From: Macrostomum lignano
Taxonomy: Eukaryota
Direction of reading: 5' to 3'
NCBI GenBank assembly: GCA_002269645.1
Contig: NIVC01001657.1
Location: 17,749 to 81,748 of the forward strand
Length of the DNA stretch: 64,000 nt
Part shown: one piece after another, positions 29,707 to 53,952 of the stretch
Numbering within the stretch: the first letter of the stretch is position 1
Layout of the letters: each line of letters begins with the position of its first letter
Position numbers and translations under genes: made by a program
The notes under the pieces: model-generated
Told to the model about the DNA's origin: nothing
The model's input: only the letters and a program-made list of their open reading frames with translations
The model's database searches: none

Positions 29707-32700
29707 ATGGCTGAATCTGATAATGTGATCACAGTTCATATTAAATCACCAAAAGAAAAACGAAGTGTTCAACTTTCTCCGGAAGGTACAATTAAAGATG
29801 TAAGTATCATACTCAGTAGTCGATCTAAATCTAACCTCCATCTAAAATTCTAAAAAAGCATGCATTTGTGGATGGTAGTGTGTGTCACTATCAGTTTTTT
29901 TCTTTATTGAACATATATATATATCATGGTTTATAAATTTTTTATGAAATTGATTAGTCTAGTTGGTCATTGCAACAATGTGCAAAGGAAAAAATTGACC
30001 AATCTTCATTAAATATTTTTTAGGCTATTAAAATATCACATTGCTTGCATTATTGTGCAGCCTTATATTTAATTCTATTAAGGCTAAAATTTTGTATAAC
30101 ATACTGTTAGTTACCCATAGTTTGGATTGTATATTTGTGTATACTAGGCATATATGCCATACGCATAGTCCAGATCATGCTAGGTGCACGCCTGAACAAA
30201 ATTTGAGTAATTACAAATGCACGCCAAAAATGTAAGTGCATGCCCATTCTCAAAAATACACCGGTTTTGCAATAATAAATGACCTTTTTTATGTTGTGAC
30301 AATAAAATACCATTTTTAAATTGCATAATAAACCCTTATTACCAAATAATTTGGTTGCTTTTTTTGCTATTTCGGCGATACTATTTGCAGCAGAAAATTT
30401 ATACATGCAAAGATTTGTTTAAATGCTCCTTTACAAGCTTAATAAAATCTGGAAAGCTTAAAATTTGCGCTTAAAAATGAACTATTTTATTCTTTTTTTA
30501 ACTTTACAATAACTCTTACACGTGATTCTATAAAGTACATGCCAGGTGTGCACGCATACTATTTTTTCAAGAGTGATGCACGCCAACTATGCATGCCTAA
30601 TTTTGGTATGCAAGGCCAATGCATGCCCAAAATTTTGGGTATATACTACATGATCTAGAGTGTGGTATACATGTCCAACTTGTCCAAACAGATTACAGTC
30701 ATTTTGGTGACAAGATGTTTCAGTGACATTCCTTTTGGTGACAAGCAAAAGTTATTTTGGTGACAATAAAAATACAATTTTAGTTATAGCCATTCTTTTT
30801 TTAAACAGAAAATTACTTAAAAATCTTTAAGGATATTGAGCCTAAAATTTTATAATTTTTAAATGGTTAAGTATTGCAGTATTTAATTTTGTTTAATTAC
30901 AACTATAAAATTACAGTCTTTTGAATTATGGTTTCTAATTTAAATGTGCAATCAGCATTGAGTAAATATCTTTAAGTTATCTCTGCATTTCATAAAGATT
31001 CTCTATAGGTTTATTGTTTATGGTTGAATATTCTGGGACAATTCAAAATGATCTGCACAGGAAGAAAACAATATAATTAGTTTAATTTCTTTCCTTTAAT
31101 ATATAATTTTTAGACAAAAATTTTTAAATATATTACAAAACATAAATCTTAACAAAATATTTATAACCTAATATTATAAAGTGCCTCTTATCACTAGAAT
31201 TACAATACTTATAAAATCTTAGATTTTTTATTGAAAATGAAGTGTGTCTATCACAAAATCAACTTGTCACTGAAACATCTATCATCAAAATGACTTGTCA
31301 CTGAAATGATTGGTACCTCTCCAAACCTAATAGGTAAAAGGGCCACTAGCAAAGGCAAGTCACAAAATCAAAAAGGTAACTAATTTTTAGTTTTGACAAC
31401 ATTTAATATAAGCTAAAATGAAACCCAAGAGTTAAATCAATACCTTCTGTCTTTAATGTTAAAGCTTATAGGCATGTCTGATAAATGTTAAGCATATATA
31501 TATATTGCCACACAAAGAGTTTGTATTAAGTAAAAAGATTTTAATAAGTTTTTTTAAAGTATAAATTCCAGCTTTTATTTTTTAACTCACTTGAGTTAAA
31601 CTTTACTTAACTTGAAATGGAATGTTAGTGCAGAGATGTCTATAAATAAAGCTGTTCTAAAATATAATACATTTAATATATATATTCAGCCCTATTGCCT
31701 GATCCATGATCTGGGGCTCTGGGCCCAAGTTGGGATAGCTGTCTTACTGACAAATAGTAGCTAACTTAAAAAGTGTATAGCATAATACAGGATTAACTTT
31801 AAGACTTAAAATTTTACACAATAGTGTCAAAATAGTTGAGGATTGTTTGTGTCAAATTTGAAGACAATTGGTAAAAGTGGAGTGGCACTATGGAGAATTT
31901 AGTAAAAAAGTTACAAATTTTAAGCAGTTTTTTGCACTTTTAGGTATGAAAACTTAGATTTAAGAAATTCTAAGATAGCATAAGACATTCACCATAGTGA
32001 GTTTAGGATGGGTGCAAATTTTGGTGTAATTTGGTTGAGCAGTTTCATACATGCCCAACCTCAAAATTTCACCTATCCAGTACAACTTAGTTTTGTCCAG
32101 ATTTGCGACTTACCTATGCACTACCACACTGAAGGACCAAGGGGGAGGGGGTAGCATGCCTCATGCATGCTTGTGCTTATTGAAACATGGAAGTACCTCA
32201 TTTCTCTTCCCTTTCTCCTACTCTCACTCTCTTTACTAATTGATTTATCATTCACTTATTCACTTATGCAGCATTGTAGACTGCAGTACTAAACTGCATT
32301 GTAGCTTGTACCCTGTAGGCTACACTCTACATACTATACTATATATGTCTAGCAAACTAACTTGTATATGTACACTCGTGCACTCACATATATATAGGTA
32401 TACATTCTTTGAGTCATTATATACTTCACTTAAAGATAGACCTGCACTTGACTAAATGAGGGCTAAGCAATAAGTTTCCAGATGTGCCCAGACAGAAATA
32501 GTTAAAGAGAAAAAACAGTTACATCTTTTCAAAGTATTCTTTAGCAGATTCAATGTAAATTTTCATGCACTTAACCACTTGCTAAAGCAGCTGGACCAAT
32601 CTGAAGCAGGCACCTCCTCCACATGCCAGATGAAGGCCTCCACTGCAGCTTCTGGTGATCCATAACAGATTCCACACATCCTGCGCTTGATTTGTGGAAA

Positions 32701-35700
32701 CACAGAAAAGTTGCAAGGGGCCAGGTTGGGGCTGTAAGGTGGATTACTGAGCTCTTGAATGCGCTTTCCGGCCAGGAACTCTGCCACCTGTCAAGCCTTG
32801 TTGGTTAGGGTGTTGTGATGGAGAAGGATGCCCCAAACTCAGTTCTTGGGCAATGCCTGGAAAGAACACTCAGAACTTCTGGCAGGCAAACATTGGCATA
32901 CCAGTCACCAATGACTGTGCACTGCTGCACGAGTGGAACTGTGGCCAGATGACCAGTTTTTGCCACAAAAATGGCCACTATCTGCTTTGCCACACTGCAT
33001 TCTCACTGAAGCTTAGATGGTGGGGTGCTCCCAATTGCAACTTAGTTCCTCCCAATTGCAACTTAGTTCCTATCAATTGCGACTTAGTTCATCCCAATTG
33101 CAACTTAGTTCCTCCCAATTGCAACTTAGTTCCTCCCAATTGCGACTAAGTTCTTCCCAATTGTGAATTAGTTCCCCCTGATTGCAACTTAGTTCCTCCC
33201 AATTGCAACTTAGTTCCTCCCAATTGCAACTTAGTTCCTCCCAATTGCAAATTAGTTCCTCCCAATTGCGACTTAGTTCCTTCTGATTGCAACTTAGTTC
33301 CTCCCAATTGCAACTTAGTTTTTCCCAATTGCAACTTAGTTCTTCCTGATTGCAACTTAGTTCCTCCCAATTGCGACTTAGTTCCTTCTGATTGCAACTT
33401 AGTTCCTCCCAATTGTGACTTAATTTCTCCTGATTGCAACTTAGTTCCTCCCAATTGCAACTTAGTTCCTCCTAATTGCGACTTAGTTCCTCTGTTTTCT
33501 TTTCTTCTCTTTCTCTTTCTCTCTCGTCTTTCCCTCTCTCTCTTTTTCCTTTCTTTTCCTTTTCCCTTCCTCTCCTTTCTTTCTTCCCCCAATTTTTCGT
33601 TTTTCCCATTTTCAATTTTGCGACTTACCTCGGCTGGCAGCCATTTCACCTGTCTGGTTTGGATGGGTTGGACAGGTGTTGGGCATGTATGAGCAGTTTG
33701 GGAGTCTATAGCAATCAAAATAGTACATAGACAGATAGACAGAGTTTTCATTTTTATATGTATAGATATTAGGGACATGATCATTCTTGTTTCTTTCAAT
33801 ATGAACCTTTTCAATATCAATGACATGGCTACTGGCACTCTATAGGTTTTATTTGACATAGCTATTGTCTCTATATATGAAATGCATTATATATTGTACA
33901 AACATAGCCATTGTGTGTATAATTTCTAATATTATAGACATATTACCCAGCTATCATGTGCATAGTTATGATTCTATTATAACCATAATGCCTAGCTGTT
34001 ATGATTATATATGTGTGGACCTAGTCAATATTAGATATAGCTACCATTTCTATAAGTTTTCATGCCATAACTAAGTTGCAATTGAGAGGAACTAAGTTGC
34101 AATCAAGAGGAACTAAGTTGTAAATCTGGACAAAACTAAGTCACACCAAACAGGTAAAATTTTGAGGTTGTGCATTTATGTTTGGATCATTAGAACAATA
34201 GATGTAATGAAAATTAATACTACTTTTGGGATAGCCCTTGTAGTAAATTGTATGCCAATAAAATGATGTGATTAATAAGCATATTTGGGAGCAACCTAGA
34301 GATTCACCTGGCAATTTCTATTGGCAACATTAACATGTAAATTGCTATTGGACAGAATAGTAGTCACGTGACTTACATGTATCAGTATGTGCTGCCAATA
34401 AAAATAGCCAGGTGAATCCCTAGGTTTGTTGCACATGTATGTTAACTAGCACTGAAATAATGCTATAAGCAGATGGCCAATAATTGCAAAAAATAAACAT
34501 ATATCAATTGTTAAAAAAGATAAACAAAGCAAAATAGTTGGCCGTAACATATATTATTGACTTGAAATATTTTACTAGTATTTGGAATGTCTCACTTTTT
34601 AAAAAAATACAATTGTTTTAGATTCAATTTTTTCCCAAATTATGGTAAAGTTATCAAATAGCACAAATGTAATATCAGTTAGTATTAGTAATTAGAATTG
34701 GTTAGGATTAGATATTTTAATTATTTTATTTTCTAAAAACTTTCTCAATATAAACAACTTTTGAAAACTTAAAATATTTTTATTCATATGCGGCACTAAT
34801 TCGATGACAAAGCATTTTCATAACTTAAAATTGTCATAGCTACTTTCGCCATTTACCTTTTACTTTTTTCTTAAATTCGGATTTGAATCTGAAATTTTTG
34901 TACATTCGGATTCGGTTTTGAAAACTTGCATAAAACCACATTCAGTCGATCGCTAGTTCGGTCCATCGCTAATGCGACTCTTGATCGTCTCAATGTGGCC
35001 CATAAAAATACATGTACATAAAAATGATACATTTGTAAGTCGCATTTTTGGTCAATAAGTAAGTTGCATGGCTAGTGTAAATCAGGGACGTTGCGCATGT
35101 ATGTAAATAGTGCTATTTGTAAGTTTAACAGACTTAATCATGATTATTAATTAAATCATAAATTAATAACCAATAATTCAACCATCTTTCCTATACCTAA
35201 TTTTATCAATCAGCTTCGCTCTGCTGTGTCCAAAGAATTCGACACTGACTCCAGCCAGTTATGCCTCATCTTTTCTGGCAAAATTCTCAAAGACGAAGAA
35301 ACTCTGCCAGCTCTGGGCATCAAGGACGGTCTGGTTGTCCATCTGGTTATCAAGACTGCCCGACCTGTAGCGGCTGAGCAACCAGCCGCTGGTTCCGGCT
35401 CTGTTCCAGCAACCAGCAGCGTGCCTAACAACCAGACCGCCTCGAACCCGCCCGGCGGCATGCCTCTGCCCGATCTGTTTCGCGCGGGTGTCGAGTCTGG
35501 CGGCGGCCTAGCAGATATGCAGTCCCAAATGCAGCGGGAGATGATGCAAAATCCGCAGATGATGCGCCAGATGCTGGACAACCCCCTGGTACAGTCCATC
35601 ATGTCCAATCCGGACACTATGCGAGCTATGATCCAGAGCAATCCGCAACTGAGGGATCTCATGGACCGCAATCCGGAGCTCAACTCGTTGCTAAACAATC

Positions 35701-38700
35701 CTGAGGTGAGACAGCTGGGTTTTTTGTTGTGCTTGCTAGTTACAGAGAAGTGGTTGCCTGTTACTTTGATAGTTGCCGCGCAAGCTCTGTACCCCAGTAA
35801 CCTAGCCGGTAGCAAAATACGCTTAGTTTTATTTACAATAAAACGTTTCTTTCGGGTAAAACAATATTTCTTTATATTATTTTTGTATTAATTTTCCCAT
35901 GACTATTTAACAGCTTCTCAATGATGATCTACCAGCTTCCCAATGACTATCTACCAGCTTCGCAATGACTATCTACCAGCTTCCCAATGACTATCTACCA
36001 GCTTCCCAATGACTATCTACCAGCTTCCCAATGACTATCTACCAGCTTCCCAATGACTATCTACCAGCTTCCCAATGACTATCTACCAGCTTCCCAATGA
36101 CTATCTACCAGCTTCCCAATGACTATCTACCAGCTTCCCTATGATTTTCAAACACTTCCCTATGATTATCTACCAGCTTCCCTATGATTGTCTAACAGCT
36201 TCCCTATGATTGTCTAACAGCTTCCCTATGATTGTCTAACAGCTTCCCTATGATTGTCTAACAGCTTCCCTATGACCATCTAACCCCCCCGCCCACTCCG
36301 CCGCAGATTCTCCGTCAAACGATGGAGCTGGCCCGCAGCCCAGCCGCCATGGAGGAGATGTCGCGCAATTACGATCGCGCCCTCAGCAACCTGGAGAGCG
36401 TACCAGGCGGATTCGGCCATCTGCAGCGAATGTACCGCGACATCCAGGAGCCGATGCTCAGCGCCACCGAGGAGTCGATGTCGCGCAATCCGTTCGCCAA
36501 TCTGGCTGGCGGCACGCGGCCAACAGGCTCGGATCAGCAGGGCACGGAAAACAACCAGCCGCTGCCAAATCCCTGGGCTTCGGCTGCCTCAACTGCCGGT
36601 GGTCAGCAGCAGCAGCAGCCTCCGTCGTCGGGCTCTTCGACTTCGGCTACTCAACCGGGAATTCGCAGCCTGCAGGAGCAGCTGCTGCAATCTAATCCGG
36701 CTATGCTGTCTCAGGCTATGCAGGCTCCCTATATGCAGTCTATGATGCAGGTGCGCGCCACTTGGCTATCGGGCAATTTTCCGGGTTGTTGTAGGGGAAT
36801 TTTCAATATTGATTTTAGGGGAATAATCCGGGTTGATTTTAGGGGAATTATCAAGATTGATTTTAGGGGAATAATCCGGGTTGATTTTAGGGGAATTATC
36901 AAGATTGATTTTAGGGGAATAATCCGGGTTGATTTTAGGGGAATTATCAAGATTGATTTTAGGGGAATAATCCGGGTTGATTTTAGGGGAATTATCCGGG
37001 TTGATTTTAGGAGAATTATCAAGATTGATTTTAGGGGAATTATCCAAGTTGATTTTAGGGGAATTATCAAGATTGATTTTAGGGGAATTATCTGGGTAAA
37101 TTTTGGGGAATTATCCAAGTTGATTTTAGGGGAATTATTAAGATTGATTTTAGGGGAATTATCAAGATTGATTTTAGGGGAATTATCCGGGTTGATTTTA
37201 GGGGAATTATCCGGGTTGATTTTAGGGGAATTATCAAGATTGATTTTAGGGGAATTATCAAGATTGATTTTAGGGGAATTATCAAGATTGATTTTAGGGA
37301 AATTATCCGGGTTGATTTTAGGGGAATTATCCGGGTTGATTTTAGGGGAATTATTAAGATTGATTTTAGGGGAATTATCCGGGTTGATTTTAGGGGAATT
37401 ATTAAGATTGATTTTAGGGGAATTATCAAGATTGATTTTAGGGGAATTATCCGGGTTGATTTTAGGGGAATTATCCGGGTTGATTTTAGGGGAATTATTA
37501 AGATTGATTTTAGGGGAATTATCCGGGTTGATTTTAGGGAAATTATCCGGGTTGATTTTAGGGGAATTATCCGGGTTGATTTTAGGGAATTATCAAGATT
37601 GATTTTAGGGGAATTATCCGGGTTGATTTTAGGGGAATTATCCGGGTTGATTTTAGGGAATTATCAAGATTGATTTTAGGGGAATTATCCGGGTTGATTT
37701 TAGGGGAATTATCCGGGTTGATTTTAGGGAATTATCAAGATTGATTTTAGGGGAATTATCCGGGTTTTTACGGGGAAGTTTTGGTATCGGAGAGAATTTT
37801 TAGGATTGATTTACGCAAATATTCTGATGTAATTTTAAGGGAATTTTTCTGATTGATTATGAGAGACTTTAAGGGCTACTTATTATTAATATAGATTTCC
37901 GCGTTGCTAAAGCCTTTCCCCCGCCATGCCCGATTGTTGCCAGGCGCTGGCTGCTGACCCGCAGCTGGCCGAGTCCATGCTGGTCAATTCGCCTCTGGTT
38001 GCCGGCAATCCCGAGCTGCAGGCCCAGATGCGCCAGATGTTGCCGCAGATGATGACCCAGATGAGCAATCCGCAGACTCAGGCGGCGCTGAGCAACCCAA
38101 GAGCTCTGCAGGCTATCATGCAGATTCAGGAGAGCATGCGGGTGCTGCAACAGGAGGCTCCCGGCTTTGTGCCCGGCATGATGCCCGTGAGTTTCCGGAG
38201 CTCTCATTGTAGCTTTTTTAGCTAGTTAGAGTCTGGTGAGCTGTGTGCACCTGGCGCACTTTCAGCGACCTTTAACTTTGGCACACAACCGGCGAGAGGC
38301 ATTGCTGCCCATTCCGCCGACTCCCCTGAGCAGGCACACAAGCGCGCGGATACGTACGCAGTCATACGCACAGGCACACACTCGTTAGGCATGTACACTT
38401 CACTGTCCCTTGGGGGGTTGGCTCTCAAGGCCGTTAATTGCGCGAGCAGAGCCAAGCCGAGATTCCAATTTAGCCCCAAAATAATGTGACTGCACTTGGA
38501 ATCGAGTCTGGGCCGCTGGCACATCAGAGCGATCATAAACTCATAAAGATAAGCCTAAGCCTAAACCTAAACCCACTCTTTAACTCATAAACACTCACCC
38601 GCGCACAAACCGCAGGCTGGCACCGCAGGCAGTGAGCAGGCCGCCACAGCAGGAGGACAGCAGCAGCAGCAGCAACAGCAGCCGCAACAGCAGCACCAGA

Positions 38701-38945
38701 CAGACATGGCCTCGCTAATGCAGTCAATGCTGGGCATGATGGCCAGTCAAGGCGGTGTCGCCAACCCTCAGCAGCAGCAGCAGCAACAGCAGCAGCTGCC
38801 GCCCGAGCAGCGCTACGCCTCCCAGCTGGAGCAGCTGGCCAGCATGGGCTTCCTCAACCGGGAAGCCAACCTGCGAGCCATTCAAGCCACATTCGGCGAC
38901 GTGAATGCCGCTATCGATCGGCTGCTGCAGTCTGGCGGGCAGTGA
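29707..38945 (+). CDS. UBQLN: Ubiquilin (UBL-STI1-UBA), 5 exons, ~533 aa
   Basis: Exons 29707-29799, 35214-35705, 36307-36750, 37944-38186, 38616-38945, all phase 0 [48 protein letters not shown]; STI1 [18 protein letters not shown]; [19 protein letters not shown]; [46 protein letters not shown]. Confidence 0.95.
30695..31315. mobile_element. MITE-like inverted-repeat element in ubiquilin intron 1
   Basis: cattttggtgacaagatgtttcagtgaca (~30700) is the near reverse complement of tgtcactgaaacatctatcatcaaaatg (~31265). No TSD established. Confidence 0.45.
32458..33030 (-). mobile_element. Degenerate mariner (DD34D-type) 3' fragment
   Basis: [23 protein letters not shown] and C-terminal EYFEKM*; stops and frameshifts; catalytic Asp positions read Asn; mariner-like TIR gagggctaagcaataagtttcc at ~32459-32482. 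Confidence 0.8.
33030..33490. repeat. 21-bp minisatellite (cccaattgcaacttagttcct), ~22 copies
   Basis: Direct tandem copies visible. Confidence 0.93.
34293..34426. mobile_element. ~134-bp palindromic MITE-like hairpin
   Basis: The arms aacctagagattcacctggcaatttctattggca and tgccaataaaaatagccaggtgaatccctaggtt pair with few mismatches; central palindrome gtcacgtgac. Confidence 0.6.
35910..36280. repeat. 22-bp minisatellite (cagcttcccaatgactatctac) in ubiquilin intron 2
   Basis: About 16 tandem copies with a variant gradient. Confidence 0.92.
36805..37765. repeat. 24-bp minisatellite (gattttaggggaattatc[cgggtt|aagatt]) in ubiquilin intron 3, ~40 copies
   Basis: Two interleaved unit variants are directly visible. 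Confidence 0.95.
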
Positions 38946-40187
38946 CGGACTGACCGAGTTTGATTTACATGAGGAACAATGTCCCACCGATATCGGTTTT
39001 GTCATCTAATAACATAATAATTAATTATATATTGTTGCCCAATCAATTAATTACTATTTGACGTCTGTTAATTAGTCTTATTGTTGTTTTTTATTACAAA
39101 AATGTTTGAAAATTAAATCTTCTGTTAATATCCTAAGCTATACTATTGGCACTACTAATAGTAACTGAAACGCGTTTTTTGTCTATCTTTAAAAGCGGTC
39201 TATATAAAACTGGGATTCTGCGCTGCGTACGTGCTATTCCATACCACTTTATTGTTTGTCCTGCCCTTTTAATCATCGCTGCTTGTCATTTCGCGTCATT
39301 GCTAATTATTTACTCTGACCATCTTTAATTACAGTTTTATGCCCTTCCAAGATATCCCGCTACCTGTGTCTGTAACTAATCCAAAATGATAAACTTGCCT
39401 ACTCTCATTATCTCCTTATAATTTCCCTTCAATTGGAAGTTCTTTAGGTTTTTTGTCCGGGCTAATTTCTTCTTTTGTATATCCAGACCTTTGCGCGCAC
39501 TGCTTTTGTTTATTTTTATTTCTTGGAAATGAAAAATAATTCTGCAAAAACAATTGGCGCTGTCGGGCCAATTGTTTTGATCTCTCGAGATATTTTTTCT
39601 ATAATCCCCCTAACGACTAACCCAGTTATAGTAACTTGATCAATCTAGATAACGATAATTAGCGCATTGCTTGCAATAATTTCCCGGAGTCCGAACAGAC
39701 CAGGCGGACTCTCGTGTTATTGAGAAATGTTAATTTTGCTTTGCCCCAAGCGGTTTTTGCGGTTCGCTTAACTATTATAAATACAGACATACTTCACACC
39801 CATTCAGCTACTTATAGTAGGGCTATATGCGAACAGATTTTCGCAATTGGGGTGAAGCAGTTCAAGTTTCAACACCGACTGTCGGATTTTATTTTTTATT
39901 AGCGAGTTTTAATTAATCTACTACTTATAAATACCTGATAGCTCTGAAAATTAGTAGTAGAAAATGAAAATCCAACGAAAATATCTTGTACTTCATGTTT
40001 TCCAGAACACAGTCACCGTAGTTTAAAGATTCAATTCATGCTGTAATTATGGTTGCATTGTATATTTAATGATTCAGGCCAACAGTGCAACCAAAGTTCA
40101 AATCAGATGGCGATGTGGCGCGATGACGTCACACTATATGTATAATGCACAATTGCAATTCTGTTTATGTTATTAAAGCAATTCCCT

Positions 40188-40467
40188 ACTACAAAGACCC
40201 TTCAACAAGGGCTGCAAGTCTCTACAAAGACCCTTCAACAAGGGCTGCAAGTCCCTACAAAGACCCTTCAACAAGGGCCGCAAGTCCCTACAAAGACCCT
40301 TCAACAAGGGCTGCAAGTCCCTACAAAGACCCTTCAACAAGGGCTGCAAGTCCCTACAAAAAGACCCTTCAACAAGGGCCGCAAGTCCCTACAAAGACCC
40401 TTCAACAAGGGCTGCAAGTCCCTACAAAGACCCTTCAACAAGGGCTGCAAGTCCCTACAAAGACCCT

Positions 40468-40478
<11 letters not shown>
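40188..40478. repeat. 33-bp minisatellite (ctacaaagacccttcaacaagggctgcaagtcc), ~9 copies, abutting the ELP1 stop
   Basis: Direct tandem copies; they explain ORFs 40145..40573 and 40167..40598. Confidence 0.93.
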
Positions 40479-51555
<11,077 letters not shown>

Positions 51556-51639
51556 CTGGGGGGTTTCGCATATGGTGAACATACAAATTAGGTTTGCTTT
51601 CAAGGAAGTCCTAAGAAGGTCAAATCAGGAGCTCCAAAG

Positions 51640-53640
51640 AATCAAGGGAGGTCAACTCAAGAGACTCCACAAATAGAATCGAGGGGGTCACAAGGGGGTC
51701 AACTCAAGAGACTCCACCAGAGAATCAGGGGGTCACAAGGGGGTCAACTTAAGAGACTCCACTAAAGAATCAGGGGGTCACAAGGGGGGCCAACTCAAGA
51801 GACTCCACCAGAGAATCAGGGGGGTTACAAGGGGGGGGGTCAACTTAAGAGACTCCACTAAAGAATCAGGGGGTCACAAGGCGGGTCAACTCAAGAGACT
51901 CCACCAGAGAATTAGGGGGTCACAAGGGGGTCAACTCAAGAGACTCCACCAGAGAATTAGGGGGTCACAAGGGGGGTCAACTCAAGAGACTCCACTAAAG
52001 AATCAGGGGGTCACAAGGGGGTCAACTCAAGAGACTCCACCAGAGAATTAGGGGGTCACAAGGGGGGGTCAACTCAAGAGACTCCACCAGAGAATTAGGG
52101 GGGTCACAAGGGGGGGTCAACTCAAGAGACTCCACCAGAGAATTAGGGGGTCACAAAGGGGTCAACTCAAGAGACTCTAAAAAAGAATCAAAAGGGTCAC
52201 AAGAGGGTCAACTCAACACTCCACCAAAGAATCGAGGGAGTCACAAGGGGGGTTTCTCAAGAGACTCCACCAAAGAATCAAAGGGGTCACAAGGGGTCAA
52301 CTCAAGTGACTCCACAAAAGAATCAATGGGTCAGAAGGGGGTCAACTCAAGCGAGTCCACAAAAGAATCAAGAGGGGGTCGCAATTGGGGGGTCAACTCA
52401 AGAGACCCCACTAAAGAATCGAGGGGGTCACAAGGGAATCAACTCAAAAGAGACCCCATTAAAGAATCAAAGGGGTCACAAGGGGTCAACTCAAGAGACT
52501 CCTCCAAAGAATCAAGAGGGAGTCACAAGGGGGGTCAACTCAAGAGACTCCACAAAAGAATCAAGGAGGTCACAAGGGGGTCACCTCAAGAGACTCCACC
52601 AGAGAATTAGGGGGGTCACAAGGGGGTCACCTCAAGAGACTCCACTAAAGAATCAGGGGGTCACAAGGGGGTCAACTTAAGAGACTCCACTAAAGAATCA
52701 GGGGGTCACAAGGGGGGCCAACTCAAGAGACTCCACCAGAGAATCAGGGGGTTACAAGGGGGGTCAACTTAAGAGACTCCACTAAAGAATCAGGGGTCAC
52801 AAGGCGGGTCAACTCAAGAGACTCCACCAGAGAATTAGGGGGTCACAAGGGGGTCAACTTAAGAGACTCCACCAGAGAATTAGGGGGTCACAAGGGGGGT
52901 CAACTCAAGAGACTCCACCATAGAATTAGGGGGTCACAAGGGGGTCAACTCAAGAGACTCCACCAGAGAATTAGGGGGGTCACAAGGGGGGTCAACTCAA
53001 GAGACTCCACCATAGAATTAGGGGGGTCACAAGGGGGTCAACTCAAGAGACTCCACCAGAGAATTAGGGGGTCACAAAGGGGTCAACTCAAGAGACTCTA
53101 CAAAAGAATCAAAAGGGTCACAAGAGGGTCAACTCAACACTCCACCAAAGAATCGAGGGAGTCACAAGGGGGGGTTTCTCAAGAGACTCCACCAAAGAAT
53201 CAAAGGGGTCACAAGGGGTCAACTCAAGTGACTCCACAAAAGAATCAATGGGTCAGAAGGGGGTCAACTCAAGCGAGTCCACAAAAGAATCAAGAGGGGG
53301 TCGCAATTGGGGGTCAACTCAAGAGACCCCACTAAAGAATCGAGGGGGTCACAAGGGAATCAACTCAAAAGAGACCCCATTAAAGAATCAAAGGGGTCAC
53401 AAGGGGGTCAACTCAAGAGACTCCTCCAAAGAATCAAGAGGGAGTCACAAGGGGGTCAACTCAAGAGACTCCACAAAAGAATCAAGGAGGTCACAAGGGG
53501 GTCACCTCAAGAGACTCCACTAAAGAATCAGGGGGTCACAAGGGGGGTCAACTTAAGAGACTCCACTAAAGAATCAGGGGGTCACAAGGGGGGTCAACTC
53601 AAGAGACTCCACGAGAGAATCAGGGGGGTCACAAGGGGCG
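51640..53640. repeat. ~46-bp G-rich minisatellite (gggggtcacaagggggtcaactcaagagactccaccagagaatta), ~43 copies, with a ~922-bp higher-order duplication
   Basis: Unit spacing is 45-47 nt. The rare variant gtgactcc..aatgggtcagaag occurs at 52306 and 53228. Confidence 0.92.
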
Positions 53641-53952
53641 TTTGGATGACGCAGAATGTAGAAATGATACAATCGAATATATCCTCTAAGTAACTAAAAA
53701 TGACGCGCAAAAAATTACCGTTTCAAAAAAGGATATATTCTAAATATACCCCATATAAAAAATGACGAAACTTAAACCAATAAAACAACACAAGATTTTC
53801 CCTATCCCAACAAAAATAAAGCTAAAATCAGATACACTACTTTAAGGAGAAAAACAAAGACACATATTAGACTTCAAGAGACAAAACTACAATCCTTCGA
53901 AAAACTATTTGAAGTTATAGTTATTCAAATAACTATGTAAATAACAATATTT

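Larger units (their letters stand above)
32046..34180. mobile_element. Foldback/MITE-like element with ~60-bp imperfect TIRs enclosing a 21-bp minisatellite and a mariner remnant
   Basis: catacatgcccaacctcaaaatttcacct..cttagttttgtccagattt (32046-32104) matches the reverse complement of 34121-34180. Inverted copies of the 21-bp unit lie at ~34070-34120. Confidence 0.55.
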
